Below, in pieces: positions 9,472-19,887 of a stretch of DNA of 64,000 nucleotides. How positions within the stretch are numbered: the first letter of the stretch is position 1; every line of letters starts with the position of its first letter. The translations under genes and the position numbers were made by a program. The notes below the pieces were generated by a model. The model ran no database searches. It was given only the letters and a program-made list of their open reading frames with translations, and had not been told where the DNA came from. Source of the stretch: a virus. Its lineage: Duplodnaviria; Caudoviricetes. The stretch is taken from the IMG/VR virus record IMGVR_UViG_3300025383_000009; one strand, 5' to 3'.

Positions 9472-10475
9472 TGTCTGCTAACGTATTTTATAATAGAATC
9501 ATTCGTAAACTTGTTGTAGGTTTTGGTAACCTATTTGACAATATTACTCTTGTGCGTTATAATGCTGACTTGACAGAACAAGAACGATTTATTATTCCAA
9601 TTGCATATGCACCTAAAGAACGCTATGTGATGCGTCTACAAGAAGACCCTAATTTAGATAAAAAAGTTCAACTTACTTTACCTAGATTATCTTTTGAAAT
9701 GACAGGTATGACATATGATGCTACTAGAAAACAAAATACAAATTGGAAAACATTTAATCAAACATCAAATGGTTTAGCATCACAATACAATCCTGTTCCA
9801 TACAATTTTAACTTCTCACTTTATTTGTATGTAAGAAACATTGAAGATGGCACACAAGCAATAGAACATATTTTACCATACTTCACACCAGATTATACAA
9901 TCAAACTCAATCTTATTCCTGAAATGGGTATCATCAAAGAAATACCTATTGTGTTAGATACTGTATCTCAAGACATCACTTACGAAGGACCTAGAGATAA
10001 CGATACAAGACTTATTATATGGACACTAAACTTTACTGTTAAAGGTTTTATCTTTGGTGGTGTAACAGAAAATAACAAGATTATTAAAACATCTATTACT
10101 AATGTATTGAATAATATTAGTATAACCGATTCTGTTCAATTTAACATGGCTAATACTGGTGTTGGACAATATCAAGCAGGCGAATTAGTTTACCAAGGTT
10201 ACTCTCCTACAAACTCTACTGCAACAGGAAGAGTTTACTCTTGGTCTAATACAAATCATCAATTAGTATTAACTGATATTGCTGGTAATTTTTTATCAAC
10301 ACAATCTATCATTGGCGTGACTACAAACGCTAATTGGGTGTTTACATCTTACCAATCTCCTCAAATTAAGATGACACAAGTGGTTGTTACACCTAATCCA
10401 AATACTGCCACGGCTAATGATAAATACACTTATACTACTTCTATAACAGAAGAACCTAAAAACTTTAATTACTAA
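9471..10475 (+). CDS. gp15: Tail terminator / sheath stabiliser gp15 with extra C-terminal domain
   Basis: IRKLVVGFGNLF, PIAYAPKE, LPRLSFEM and QILPYF-like motifs; synteny. Confidence 0.9.
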   Translation: MSANVFYNRIIRKLVVGFGNLFDNITLVRYNADLTEQERFIIPIAYAPKERYVMRLQEDPNLDKKVQLTLPRLSFEMTGMTYDATRKQNTNWKTFNQTSNGLASQYNPVPYNFNFSLYLYVRNIEDGTQAIEHILPYFTPDYTIKLNLIPEMGIIKEIPIVLDTVSQDITYEGPRDNDTRLIIWTLNFTVKGFIFGGVTENNKIIKTSITNVLNNISITDSVQFNMANTGVGQYQAGELVYQGYSPTNSTATGRVYSWSNTNHQLVLTDIAGNFLSTQSIIGVTTNANWVFTSYQSPQIKMTQVVVTPNPNTATANDKYTYTTSITEEPKNFNY

Positions 10476-10489
10476 TTTAAGGTAAGAAA

Positions 10490-12346
10490 ATGGCAAAGAC
10501 CCTACAATTTAAACGATATCCAACTGCTAATTTGGCAAACATTTCTGGTGCACCAGGTGAATTAATTGTTGATTCTACACAAAATACTATAACTGTTCAT
10601 GACGGTGTTACATCAGGCGGATGGCCATTAGCTACTCAATATCAATTAAGTGCTAATGTGGTTACTATCAATTCAAATATTAGTTCTAATGTAGCATATC
10701 TTCAAGGCGGTCTTAATACAGCCAATGCTAATACGATATATTTGACTGGTGTTAATGTATCACAAAACGCTAACATCATTGGTGCTTTTACTACTGCTAA
10801 TAGTGCATCAGCTAATACCGTATATCTACAAGGCGCTTTAGCAACGGCTAATGCTAATACTGTTTATCTTTCTGGTGCTTTAGCAACGGCTAATGCTAAT
10901 ATTGCAGCAGCTTTCACAACCGCTAATAATGCTATTGCTAATCTTGGTCCAATTATTACTGTAAACTCAGCATCCTATCTTTACATTCCTAATGCAACAC
11001 CATCAACATCAAATACAACTGGCGCTCTTGTTGTTACAGGTGGTGTAGGCATTACAGGTAATGTGTATATTGGTGGTAGAGTGACTATTGCTGGTAATAC
11101 AACAATTGAAAATGTCAATATTACAAATTTCGCAGTTAATACTACAGATATTATTATAGCAACAAACACTACACCAGCAACCGCAAATGCTACTGGTACA
11201 TTACAAGTATCAGGTGGTGCTTGGGTTGGTGGTAATGTGTATGTTGGTAATGCAGCCGTAATTGCTGGTAATACAACAATTAACGGTTCAGTTTTACTTG
11301 GAACCACATATTCTCCTAATTATGGTATTCATAATTCATTGCCTATTACTGGCGCAACATCAGCTTACTCACAAACAAATGACGGAACGATCCAATCAGG
11401 CGTAACAACATATGGAGCATATTATGCAACAGTTGTTGCTACAGCAGCTGCATCATTTACAGTACCTAATCTAGTGCATTATCAAGCAACACAAGGAACA
11501 TTTGGTGCTGGCTCAACAGTAACAACACAGACTGGATTTAGTGTAGATTCTTCATTAACTGGCGCAACAAATAATTACGCATATTATGGAGGCATTAATT
11601 CTGGTACTAATCGTTATAATCTTAATATGGCAGGTACTGCAATAAACTATTTAGCAGGCAACTTAGGTGTTGGTGTTTCTCCTTCAACAACTGCTAACGT
11701 ATTGATTGGTGCAGGTACAACAAATTCGGCTCCATTACGATTAACATCAGGTACTAACTTAGCAACCGCTGTTGCTGGTTCTGTTGAGTGGAATGGTTAC
11801 TCACCATACTTTACACCATCTGGCACACAAAGAAGTATTTTACAAGCATCACAATATTACGAATTAAATGTTGCAAATACTTTATCATCTGTAGCTACTG
11901 CACAGTCTGCTCTTGGTTTAACTACTGGTGTTGCTCTATCAGCTTCAACCGTATACGAATTTGAATTATTGTTTAATTTGGTAACATCAGGTACAACATC
12001 ACATACTGAAGCTTTTGGTTTTGTATATTCTGGTACAACAACGAACTACGGTTATCAAATTACAAGAATGTTAAACGGAACAACAACGCCATATGGCGCT
12101 AATACTGTTTATTCTTCTTCTGCTACACCAACTGTAGTAACAACTGCTTTAACAACTGCACAAAATGCCACATATCTTGTTAAAGGTATTGTTAATACTT
12201 CTACGGCAGGTAACTTAAATCCAACAATTACATTCTCAGCTGGTCCTGGTGGTACTTCAACGATATCAGTTGGTGCTTATATGAAGATTAGTCCAATTGC
12301 TGCTTCACCTGGTTCTGCTAATACGATAATTGGTACTTGGGTTTAA
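10490..12346 (+). CDS. Tail fibre-like protein with Mtd_N-type N-terminus
   Basis: N-terminus LQFKRYPTA...GAPGELIVD...ITVHDGVTSGG resembles major-tropism-determinant/hyaluronidase N domains; shares shaft motifs with ORF1. Confidence 0.65.
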   Translation: MAKTLQFKRYPTANLANISGAPGELIVDSTQNTITVHDGVTSGGWPLATQYQLSANVVTINSNISSNVAYLQGGLNTANANTIYLTGVNVSQNANIIGAFTTANSASANTVYLQGALATANANTVYLSGALATANANIAAAFTTANNAIANLGPIITVNSASYLYIPNATPSTSNTTGALVVTGGVGITGNVYIGGRVTIAGNTTIENVNITNFAVNTTDIIIATNTTPATANATGTLQVSGGAWVGGNVYVGNAAVIAGNTTINGSVLLGTTYSPNYGIHNSLPITGATSAYSQTNDGTIQSGVTTYGAYYATVVATAAASFTVPNLVHYQATQGTFGAGSTVTTQTGFSVDSSLTGATNNYAYYGGINSGTNRYNLNMAGTAINYLAGNLGVGVSPSTTANVLIGAGTTNSAPLRLTSGTNLATAVAGSVEWNGYSPYFTPSGTQRSILQASQYYELNVANTLSSVATAQSALGLTTGVALSASTVYEFELLFNLVTSGTTSHTEAFGFVYSGTTTNYGYQITRMLNGTTTPYGANTVYSSSATPTVVTTALTTAQNATYLVKGIVNTSTAGNLNPTITFSAGPGGTSTISVGAYMKISPIAASPGSANTIIGTWV

Positions 12347-12362
12347 TAATATATAATTTACT

Positions 12363-12791
12363 ATGAGTAATTTTGAAAAATCTATGGAAGAAATATTTGA
12401 TGTTCAACCTTTACCAGAAGAACCTAAAAAAGTTCCTGTAGAGAATAAAACATGGCCAATAACGCCAGCTGCACCACCAAATCTTGAAGAAGATTTAACT
12501 GTAGCATATAATCAGTCAAAAGATAATCTACAAGATATCATTGACCAAGGTAAAGAGGCAATGGAAGATATACTCAAGATTGCTAAAGAGTCGGAACATC
12601 CAAGAGCATTTGAAGTCTTTGGTGGTATACTAAAGAATGTTGTAGAGGCAAATAAAGAATTAATTGCTATGCAGAAACAAATGCGAGAGATGGACAAAAA
12701 GAAAGAAGTTAATAATACTAACATTGATAAGGCAATATTTGTTGGTTCAACGGCAGAATTGTCGAAAATAATTCAAGGTAAAAATGATTAA
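12363..12791 (+). CDS. gp16: Terminase small subunit gp16
   Basis: SEHPRAFEV and NNTNIDKAIFVGSTAEL motifs; upstream of the large terminase. Confidence 0.88.
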   Translation: MSNFEKSMEEIFDVQPLPEEPKKVPVENKTWPITPAAPPNLEEDLTVAYNQSKDNLQDIIDQGKEAMEDILKIAKESEHPRAFEVFGGILKNVVEANKELIAMQKQMREMDKKKEVNNTNIDKAIFVGSTAELSKIIQGKND

Positions 12792-13431
12792 GTTTAAACA
12801 TTTTATTTCAGAAGAAGCGCTTGTTGCTAGAAAAGATAAGTCATCTAAAACTCTGCATGCGTTTGACATGGATGAAACACTCTTTCATCACGACCATTCT
12901 AAAGTAAAAGTTCATGTATTAAACAAACAAGGTGATAGAGTTCAATCTTTAACCAATCAAGAATTTAATACTCATAAGTTACCACCAGGTCATTCATACG
13001 ACTTCTCTGAATTTAGGTCTACTCACATATTTAAACAGTCTGCACATCCAATTCATAAGATGATTCGTAAATTAAAAGCAATCCATAAGAATAATAAGAA
13101 TGTTGAAATTGTTACCGCTCGTTCTGATATGGATGATAAAACAGGTTTTATGCACGCTCTAAAACATCACGGTATTGACCCTAAAGAGATTCATGTTCGT
13201 AGAGCAGGTAATTTACCAGGCAAACCAGGTGAAGTAAAACGAAAAGTAATTGGTGACTTAATTAAGAAAAGTGGTTACAAAAAAGTTCATTTATATGATG
13301 ATTCTGAACCTAATCTAAATCATTTTTTATCATTAAAGCAAGACCATCCAGATGTTGAGTTTCATGCTCACCATGTTCATCATAATCCAGAAACTAATGA
13401 AACAAAAATAAAAACTCGAATAATTAAATAA
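12784..13431 (+). CDS. HAD-superfamily phosphatase-like protein
   Basis: Motif I AFDMDETL, motif II IVTAR, motif IV LYDDS. Confidence 0.75.
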   Translation: MIKFKHFISEEALVARKDKSSKTLHAFDMDETLFHHDHSKVKVHVLNKQGDRVQSLTNQEFNTHKLPPGHSYDFSEFRSTHIFKQSAHPIHKMIRKLKAIHKNNKNVEIVTARSDMDDKTGFMHALKHHGIDPKEIHVRRAGNLPGKPGEVKRKVIGDLIKKSGYKKVHLYDDSEPNLNHFLSLKQDHPDVEFHAHHVHHNPETNETKIKTRIIK

Positions 13432-13457
13432 TTAGTTTGATTCTGACTTTTTTGGTG

Positions 13458-13465
13458 TATAAATA
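13458..13465 (+). promoter_or_regulatory. T4-type late promoter (TATAAATA)
   Basis: Perfect consensus 7 nt before ATG 13473. Confidence 0.7.
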
Positions 13466-13472
13466 CTACACC

Positions 13473-14081
13473 ATGTCATCATATACATACAGAAAAATTT
13501 GGGAAGATACTTACGGTCCAATACCTAAAGATTGTAATGGTCGTTCATATGAAATACACCATATAAATGGCAATCATAATGATAATAGAATTGAAAATTT
13601 AAAATTGGTAACTATTGAAGAGCATTATAAAATTCATGAGCAACAAAAAGATTGGGGTGCTTGTGTTATGATTGCTAAAAGATTGCTTATGGATCCAAAA
13701 GAAATATCAAAAATACAAAAAGGCAAAAAGAGACCAGGAATAGGTGGGGTTAAAAAAGGAACAATTCCATGGAATAAAGGAGTAAAAGGTTATCTTTTAC
13801 ATTCAGATGAAAATAAAAAACAATTTAGTATTAATAATTCTGGTGAAAATAATCCAATTTCAAAATTAACTGTTGATATTGTTAAATCTATAAGAGAAGA
13901 TTATAATAAAAAAGTGCCTATAGAATGTTATATTAAAACTTCAATTCCATCATCAAAAACAAAAGGTTTATATCCAACATATTTGGGTGCTTTTTGCTAC
14001 ACTTACGGTAAAAAATATAATGTTACTCTACAAGCTATAAAAAATATAATATTAAATAAATCATGGAAAAATATTAAATGA
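13473..14081 (+). mobile_element. Free-standing HNH homing endonuclease (Mob-like)
   Basis: YEIHHINGNHNDNRIENLKLVTIEEHYKIH HNH motif plus PWNKG/HSDE NUMOD-like segments. ATG 13473 is preferred over TTG 13437; overlaps the gp17 start (ATGA). Confidence 0.8.
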
Positions 14082-15748
14082 GTAGTGATTCATACAGAGA
14101 TAATCCACTTTTAAAAAAGACCGGCGTTCAAGTTCAATATACTCAAGAACAATTAGATGAGTATATATTGTGTTCCCGTGATCCAATTTATTTTACCAAA
14201 TATATTAAAATTATTACTCTTGATGAAGGTCTTACAGATTTTAAAATGTATGACTTTCAAAAAGAAATGATTGACATTTTTCATAAAAATAGATTTGTAA
14301 TTACAAAATGTCCTAGACAAGTTGGTAAAACAACAACATCAATAGCCTATTTGCTATGGGTTATATTATTTCAAAATTCTCAAAACATTGCAATATTGGC
14401 CAATCGTGGTCAAACAGCACGGGATATTTTAGGAAAATTACAGTTAGCTTATGAAAATTTACCAATATGGATGCAACAAGGAGTTATTACTTGGAATAAA
14501 AGTTATATTGAATTGGAGAACGGTTCAAAAATAACTGCATCATCAACATCATCATCCGCAGCAAGGTCTGGTTCTTTTAATATAGTGTTTCTTGATGAAT
14601 TTGCGTTTGTGCCTACCAATATTGCATATGAATTTTTTACATCAGTTTATCCTGTAATTACTGCTGGTACAAAGACAAAGATTATTATAGTATCTACTCC
14701 AAATGGTATGAATTTATTTTATAAAATTTGGACTGATGCCATTAATAAAAAAAATAATTATGTTCCATTTGAAATTCACTGGTCTCAAGTTCCGGGTCGT
14801 GATGAGAAATGGAAAGAAGAAACAATAAGAAATACGAGTGAGCACCAATTCAATCAAGAATTTAATACAATGTTCTTGGGTTCTACGAACACTCTTATTT
14901 CTGGAATAAAACTTCAAACTATGACATATAGTGACCCAATAGCTGAACATGATGGTGTAAAGATATACGAACAGCCTATTAAAGGTGATGCGGAGAAAGG
15001 TAAAGACCATCTATACTGTATTTCCGTAGATGTGTCAGAAGGTAAGAATCTAGACTTCTCTGCTTTTTCTGTATTTGATATATCGTCTACACCATATAAA
15101 CAGGTGGCAACATACAAAAGTTCTACTATATCACCTATTTTATTCCCATCGGTGATTCATAATGCTGCCAGATTATATAACGATGCTTACGTTCTAGTGG
15201 AGATAAATAATAATCCACAGGTAGCGGACGCATTACATAGAGACCTAGAATACGAGAATCTGTTTAAGATTTTCACCGGTAACAAAAAACCACAACAATT
15301 ACATAGTGGATTTGGCCGAGGCGTTCAGATGGGTCTTAAAATGTCACTTCAAGTTAAAAGAATAGGTTGTTCTAACCTTAAAACTTTAGTTGAAAGTGAT
15401 AAGTTAATTGTAAACGATTTTGACACAATATCTGAATTAACTACATTTGTGTCTAAAAAAACATCATTTGCCGCAGAAGATGATGCAAATGACGATTTAG
15501 CTATGACTTTGGTCATATTTTCATGGGTAACAACTCAACATTATTTTAAAGAGATTGTTAATCATGATTTAAGAAAACAAATTCAACTTGAGAATATGAA
15601 TCAAGTTGATGAAGAAACTCTACCTGAACCTATCATTGATGATGGTTTACAACATGAATTTGAGGTAGTTGATGGTGATGTTTGGGAAAAATCAGGTCCT
15701 GGTGAAATATATTCTAGTTTTATCAGAGAATCAATAAGAAAACTGTAA
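14078..15748 (+). CDS. gp17: Terminase large subunit gp17
   Basis: Walker A PRQVGKTT, Walker B FLDEFAF, nuclease DDLAM. Confidence 0.97.
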   Translation: MSSDSYRDNPLLKKTGVQVQYTQEQLDEYILCSRDPIYFTKYIKIITLDEGLTDFKMYDFQKEMIDIFHKNRFVITKCPRQVGKTTTSIAYLLWVILFQNSQNIAILANRGQTARDILGKLQLAYENLPIWMQQGVITWNKSYIELENGSKITASSTSSSAARSGSFNIVFLDEFAFVPTNIAYEFFTSVYPVITAGTKTKIIIVSTPNGMNLFYKIWTDAINKKNNYVPFEIHWSQVPGRDEKWKEETIRNTSEHQFNQEFNTMFLGSTNTLISGIKLQTMTYSDPIAEHDGVKIYEQPIKGDAEKGKDHLYCISVDVSEGKNLDFSAFSVFDISSTPYKQVATYKSSTISPILFPSVIHNAARLYNDAYVLVEINNNPQVADALHRDLEYENLFKIFTGNKKPQQLHSGFGRGVQMGLKMSLQVKRIGCSNLKTLVESDKLIVNDFDTISELTTFVSKKTSFAAEDDANDDLAMTLVIFSWVTTQHYFKEIVNHDLRKQIQLENMNQVDEETLPEPIIDDGLQHEFEVVDGDVWEKSGPGEIYSSFIRESIRKL

Positions 15749-15759
15749 ATACAGGGTTT

Positions 15760-15767
15760 CATAAATA
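15760..15767 (+). promoter_or_regulatory. T4-type late promoter (CATAAATA)
   Basis: Near-consensus, upstream of gp18. Confidence 0.6.
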
Positions 15768-15820
15768 TTGTTATGGTATTATAACTGCCAAGATACAATC
15801 AATAATTTAAGGAGAAAAAC

Positions 15821-17521
15821 ATGGCATTTCAATTGTCTCCAGGCGTCCTAGTAAGTGAGGTTGACCTAACCACGGTTATCCCTGCAGTTTCTACGACAGC
15901 CGGTGCTTTTGCTGGAGAATTCGTTTGGGGTCCAGCTAATAAGCGATATCTAGTTCCAGATGAAGTTACTCTTGCAAGAGTTTTTGGTAAACCTGATAGT
16001 AATACATATTATTCATTTTTTACCGCTTCATCATTTTTAGCATATGGTAATACATTATGGACTGTCCGTAGTGCTAACACATTAACATATAACGCAACTG
16101 CAAATTCACAAGCAACAATTCAAGTTGCTAACGAAGATGTTTTCCAAGCTGCTTACTTAACAGCAAATACAGCCAATAACTACGGTCCATTTATGGCACG
16201 TTATTCTGGTTACAACGGTAATTCATTAACAGTTTCAATCTGTGACGGACCAGGATTCTCAAGTTGGTCATATAAAGGTTATTTCAATGGTGCTCCAGGC
16301 ACTTCTGTAGCTGCTACAAACGCTGGTGCTTCAAACGATGAAATCCATTTAGTTGTTGTTGATACTTTAGGTTTATTTACCGGTACACAAGGTACTGTTT
16401 TAGAAGTATGGCCTTATCTAAACAAAGCACTTGACGCTAAAGATGCTCAAGGTAATTCATCTTATTATAAACAACAATTGTTCAATGTTTCAAAATACAT
16501 TTACGCAGTTGATCCTCCACAATATGCTTCTACAAATGCTACATGGGGTAAAACTTTAGCTAATACAAGCTTTGCTACATTATCTGGTAATACAACAGTA
16601 ACATTAGCTGGTGGTACATATGCTGCTCCAACAGACGGTGATAAGATAAATGCTTTTGGTTTATTCGCATCTGCTGAAGATGTAGATATTTCATTAGTAT
16701 TAACAGGTCAAGCTTCAGTAACCGTTCAACAATATGCTGTTCAAAATATTGCTGGTACTCGTTTAGACTGTGTAGCATTTATTTCACCTCCATCTGCTAA
16801 CGTAATTAACCAAGCAGGTAACGAAGTAACAAATATTACAAATTGGGTTAATGCATTATCAATTGCATCTCAATATAGTTCATATGCAGTTGCTGATTCT
16901 GGTTGGAAATATATGTTTGACAAATACAACAATACATATCGTTGGGTTCCATTAAACGGTGATATTGCTGGTCTTTGTGTATATACAGATACAAATCGTG
17001 ACTCATGGTGGTCACCTGCTGGTCTAAACCGAGGTGGTCTCAAAAATGTAGTCAGATTAGCATGGAATCCAAATAAGACATACCGTGATGCACTTTATCA
17101 AATTAGTGTAAATCCTGTTGTATCATTACCAGGACAAGGTACTGTATTATATGGTGATAAAACTTTCACACAAAAACCATCTGCATTTGACAGAATCAAC
17201 GTCCGCAGATTGTTTATTACGTTAGAGAAAGCAATTGCTAAAGCTGCTAAATACTCACTATTCGAGTTCAATGATGATTTCACAAGAGCTCAATTTGTGT
17301 CTTTAGTGACTCCATATTTGCGTGATGTTCAAGGTCGCCGTGGTGTTACTGACTTCCGTGTTGTTTGTGATACTACAAATAATACACCGCAAGTCATTGA
17401 TTCTAACCAGTTTGTTGGTGACATTTATATTAAACCTGCTCGTTCAATTAACTTTATCCAGTTGAACTTTGTAGCAGTAAGGACTGGCGTAGACTTTACA
17501 GAAGTCATAGGTAAGTTCTAA
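15821..17521 (+). CDS. gp18: Tail sheath protein gp18
   Basis: SPGVLVSEVDLT N-terminus; WWSPAGLNRG and FDRINVRRLF motifs. Confidence 0.97.
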   Translation: MAFQLSPGVLVSEVDLTTVIPAVSTTAGAFAGEFVWGPANKRYLVPDEVTLARVFGKPDSNTYYSFFTASSFLAYGNTLWTVRSANTLTYNATANSQATIQVANEDVFQAAYLTANTANNYGPFMARYSGYNGNSLTVSICDGPGFSSWSYKGYFNGAPGTSVAATNAGASNDEIHLVVVDTLGLFTGTQGTVLEVWPYLNKALDAKDAQGNSSYYKQQLFNVSKYIYAVDPPQYASTNATWGKTLANTSFATLSGNTTVTLAGGTYAAPTDGDKINAFGLFASAEDVDISLVLTGQASVTVQQYAVQNIAGTRLDCVAFISPPSANVINQAGNEVTNITNWVNALSIASQYSSYAVADSGWKYMFDKYNNTYRWVPLNGDIAGLCVYTDTNRDSWWSPAGLNRGGLKNVVRLAWNPNKTYRDALYQISVNPVVSLPGQGTVLYGDKTFTQKPSAFDRINVRRLFITLEKAIAKAAKYSLFEFNDDFTRAQFVSLVTPYLRDVQGRRGVTDFRVVCDTTNNTPQVIDSNQFVGDIYIKPARSINFIQLNFVAVRTGVDFTEVIGKF

Positions 17522-17527
17522 TAAATA
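17520..17527 (+). promoter_or_regulatory. T4-type late promoter (AATAAATA)
   Basis: Near-consensus, upstream of the gp19 AGGAG RBS. Confidence 0.55.
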
Positions 17528-17551
17528 ATACAACAGATATAGGAGAAAAAA

Positions 17552-18097
17552 ATGGCATTTAACGTAGCAGAATTTAGGTCACAGTTGATTGGTGACGGTG
17601 CCCGTCCTAATTTATTTTCAGTTTCTTTGAGCTTTCCGTTCATAGCTGCAAACTCTGGAGCTGCATCACAAAAAGTAACCTTTATGGCAAAAACAGCACA
17701 ATTGCCTGGTTCTACTATTGGTACAGTTCCTTTGTTTTACTTTGGTCGTGAATTAAAGTTTGCTGGAAATAGAACATTTACGGATTGGACATTACAAGTT
17801 ATCAATGATGAAGATTTCATTGTTCGTAATTCTTTAGAAAGTTGGATGAATAGTATCAATAGTCATCAAGGTAACCTTCGTAACCCAGCTGCATTTAATC
17901 CAGCAGGTTACAGTACCGATGCTGCTGTTACTCAATACGGTAAAACAGGTAACACTCTAAAAAATTACTTATTTGTAGGTTTATTTCCTGTTGATATCGC
18001 TCCAATTGATTTAGATTGGGGTTCAAACGATGCTATTGAAGAGTATTCAGTAACATTTGCATATCAATATTGGACATCAGTACCAACAACAACTTAA
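17552..18097 (+). CDS. gp19: Tail tube protein gp19
   Basis: GARPNLF, FGRELKFAGNRTF and IEEYSVTFAYQYW motifs. Confidence 0.95.
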   Translation: MAFNVAEFRSQLIGDGARPNLFSVSLSFPFIAANSGAASQKVTFMAKTAQLPGSTIGTVPLFYFGRELKFAGNRTFTDWTLQVINDEDFIVRNSLESWMNSINSHQGNLRNPAAFNPAGYSTDAAVTQYGKTGNTLKNYLFVGLFPVDIAPIDLDWGSNDAIEEYSVTFAYQYWTSVPTTT

Positions 18098-18110
18098 TGA
18101 TATATATTAT

Positions 18111-18147
18111 ATGGGGAGAACTTCGGTTCTCCTCATTATGTTTTTTT
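18111..18147 (+). terminator. Rho-independent terminator with cUUCGg loop
   Basis: ATGGGGAGAAC-TTCG-GTTCTCCTCAT followed by a T-run. Confidence 0.75.
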
Positions 18148-18258
18148 GAATTGAGGAAGATACTATGACAATAGCATATATAAACCACAACTCATCTACA
18201 ATGATAGGTATGACACCTATCAACCATATTTTATTTAATGTAAAAGGTGAATCAACAC

Positions 18259-19887
18259 ATGGCTAACAATAGCAAATTCAGTTTATTTGGTTTTACCATA
18301 GCTCGTGGTAAAACAGAAGACGAACAAAGAGTCCAACAATCCTTCACGCCTCAGACGAATGACGATGGCGCCTTAACGATTACTTCAGCCGCTTATTACG
18401 GTACATATGTAGACCTAGACGGCACAGCAAAGAATGAAGTAGAGTTAATCTCTCGATATCGTGAAATGGCTATGCAGCCTGAAATTGAATCAGCCATTGA
18501 TGATGTTATTAACGAAGCTATCACACAAGATGATGATGGCAAGAATATCAAAATTGTTTTAGACGCTTTAAATCAACCAGAAAAAATTAAAGATGCCATT
18601 AAAGCAGAGTTTAATACAATCGTTAGATTATTAAACTACAATAATATGGCACAAGATATCTTCCGTAGATATTATATTGATGGTAGAATGTTTTACCACA
18701 TTATTATCGATAGAGAAAACCCTATTGCTGGTATCAAAGAATTAAGATATATTGATCCACGAAAAATTCGTAAAGTAAGAGAAATCAAAAAGAAAAAAGA
18801 TGAACGCACAGGCGTTGATGTAATGAACGTGGTCAATGAATATTACATCTTTAATGATAAAGTAACATCTGGCTCTTCCTCTAATTTTGGACCAGTTGGT
18901 GTTCGTATTACAACAGATTCTATTATATCAGTTGTTTCTGGTCTAATGGACTCTCGTAGAGCAGTGGTATTATCATACTTACATAAAGCTATCAAACCAC
19001 TCAATCAATTAAGAATGATTGAAGACGCTACTGTTATTTACCGTATCTCAAGAGCACCTGAAAGACGTATATTCTATATTGACGTTGGTAATTTACCAAA
19101 ATTAAAAGCAGAACAATACCTCCGTGACATTATGGTCAAGTATAAAAATAAACTTGTCTATGATGCTAACACAGGTGAAGTAAGAGATGACCGTAAGTTC
19201 CTTTCAATGATGGAAGACTTTTGGTTACCTCGTAGAGAAGGTGGCAAAGGCACAGAGATTGCTACATTACCAGGTGGTCAAAATCTTGGTGAATTAGAAG
19301 ATGTAAAATACTTTGAAAAGAAATTATACAAAGCACTTAATGTTCCTATCTCACGATTAGACCCAAATCAATCTGGTTTCTCTTTAGGTAGAACATCAGA
19401 AGTTACTCGTGACGAATTGAAGTTTGCTAAATTTGTTGATAGATTAAGAAATAAGTTTGCTGACTTATTCGACCAAGCATTAAGAGTTCAATGTGTTCTT
19501 AAAGGTATTTGTACCAATGATGAATGGACAGAATTTAAAGAACATATCTTTTATGACTTCATTAAAGACAACAACTTCTCTGAATTAAAAGATGCTGAAT
19601 TGGTAAGAGAAAGATTATCATTACTTTCTAATGTTGATCCATATACAGGTCGTTATTTCTCACAAGCGTGGATTCAAAGAAATGTATTACGCATGACTGA
19701 TGATGAGATTAAAGAGATGACAAAAGAAATGGATGAAGAAAAAGAGTTGGGTCTTGGATTGCCTGTTGGTGTTACAAGTCAGGTAGCACAACAATCAATG
19801 TTGAATCAATTACCAGATGCTGGTGAAGCAGATGATGATTCAACCAATGAACAACTTACAATACACAAGTTAAAAAAGATTTTATAA
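18259..19887 (+). CDS. gp20: Portal protein gp20
   Basis: YRISRAPERRIFYIDVGNLPK and MMEDFWLPRREGGKGTEI motifs. ATG 18259 is preferred over GTG 18247. Confidence 0.97.
   Translation: MANNSKFSLFGFTIARGKTEDEQRVQQSFTPQTNDDGALTITSAAYYGTYVDLDGTAKNEVELISRYREMAMQPEIESAIDDVINEAITQDDDGKNIKIVLDALNQPEKIKDAIKAEFNTIVRLLNYNNMAQDIFRRYYIDGRMFYHIIIDRENPIAGIKELRYIDPRKIRKVREIKKKKDERTGVDVMNVVNEYYIFNDKVTSGSSSNFGPVGVRITTDSIISVVSGLMDSRRAVVLSYLHKAIKPLNQLRMIEDATVIYRISRAPERRIFYIDVGNLPKLKAEQYLRDIMVKYKNKLVYDANTGEVRDDRKFLSMMEDFWLPRREGGKGTEIATLPGGQNLGELEDVKYFEKKLYKALNVPISRLDPNQSGFSLGRTSEVTRDELKFAKFVDRLRNKFADLFDQALRVQCVLKGICTNDEWTEFKEHIFYDFIKDNNFSELKDAELVRERLSLLSNVDPYTGRYFSQAWIQRNVLRMTDDEIKEMTKEMDEEKELGLGLPVGVTSQVAQQSMLNQLPDAGEADDDSTNEQLTIHKLKKIL

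Noticed and set aside
624-12346. Diversity-generating retroelement (Mtd-like fibre plus TR/VR-like repeat pairs)
   Set aside because: No reverse transcriptase in the window, both repeat copies are coding, and the mismatches (G/T, C/T, C/T) are not adenine-specific.
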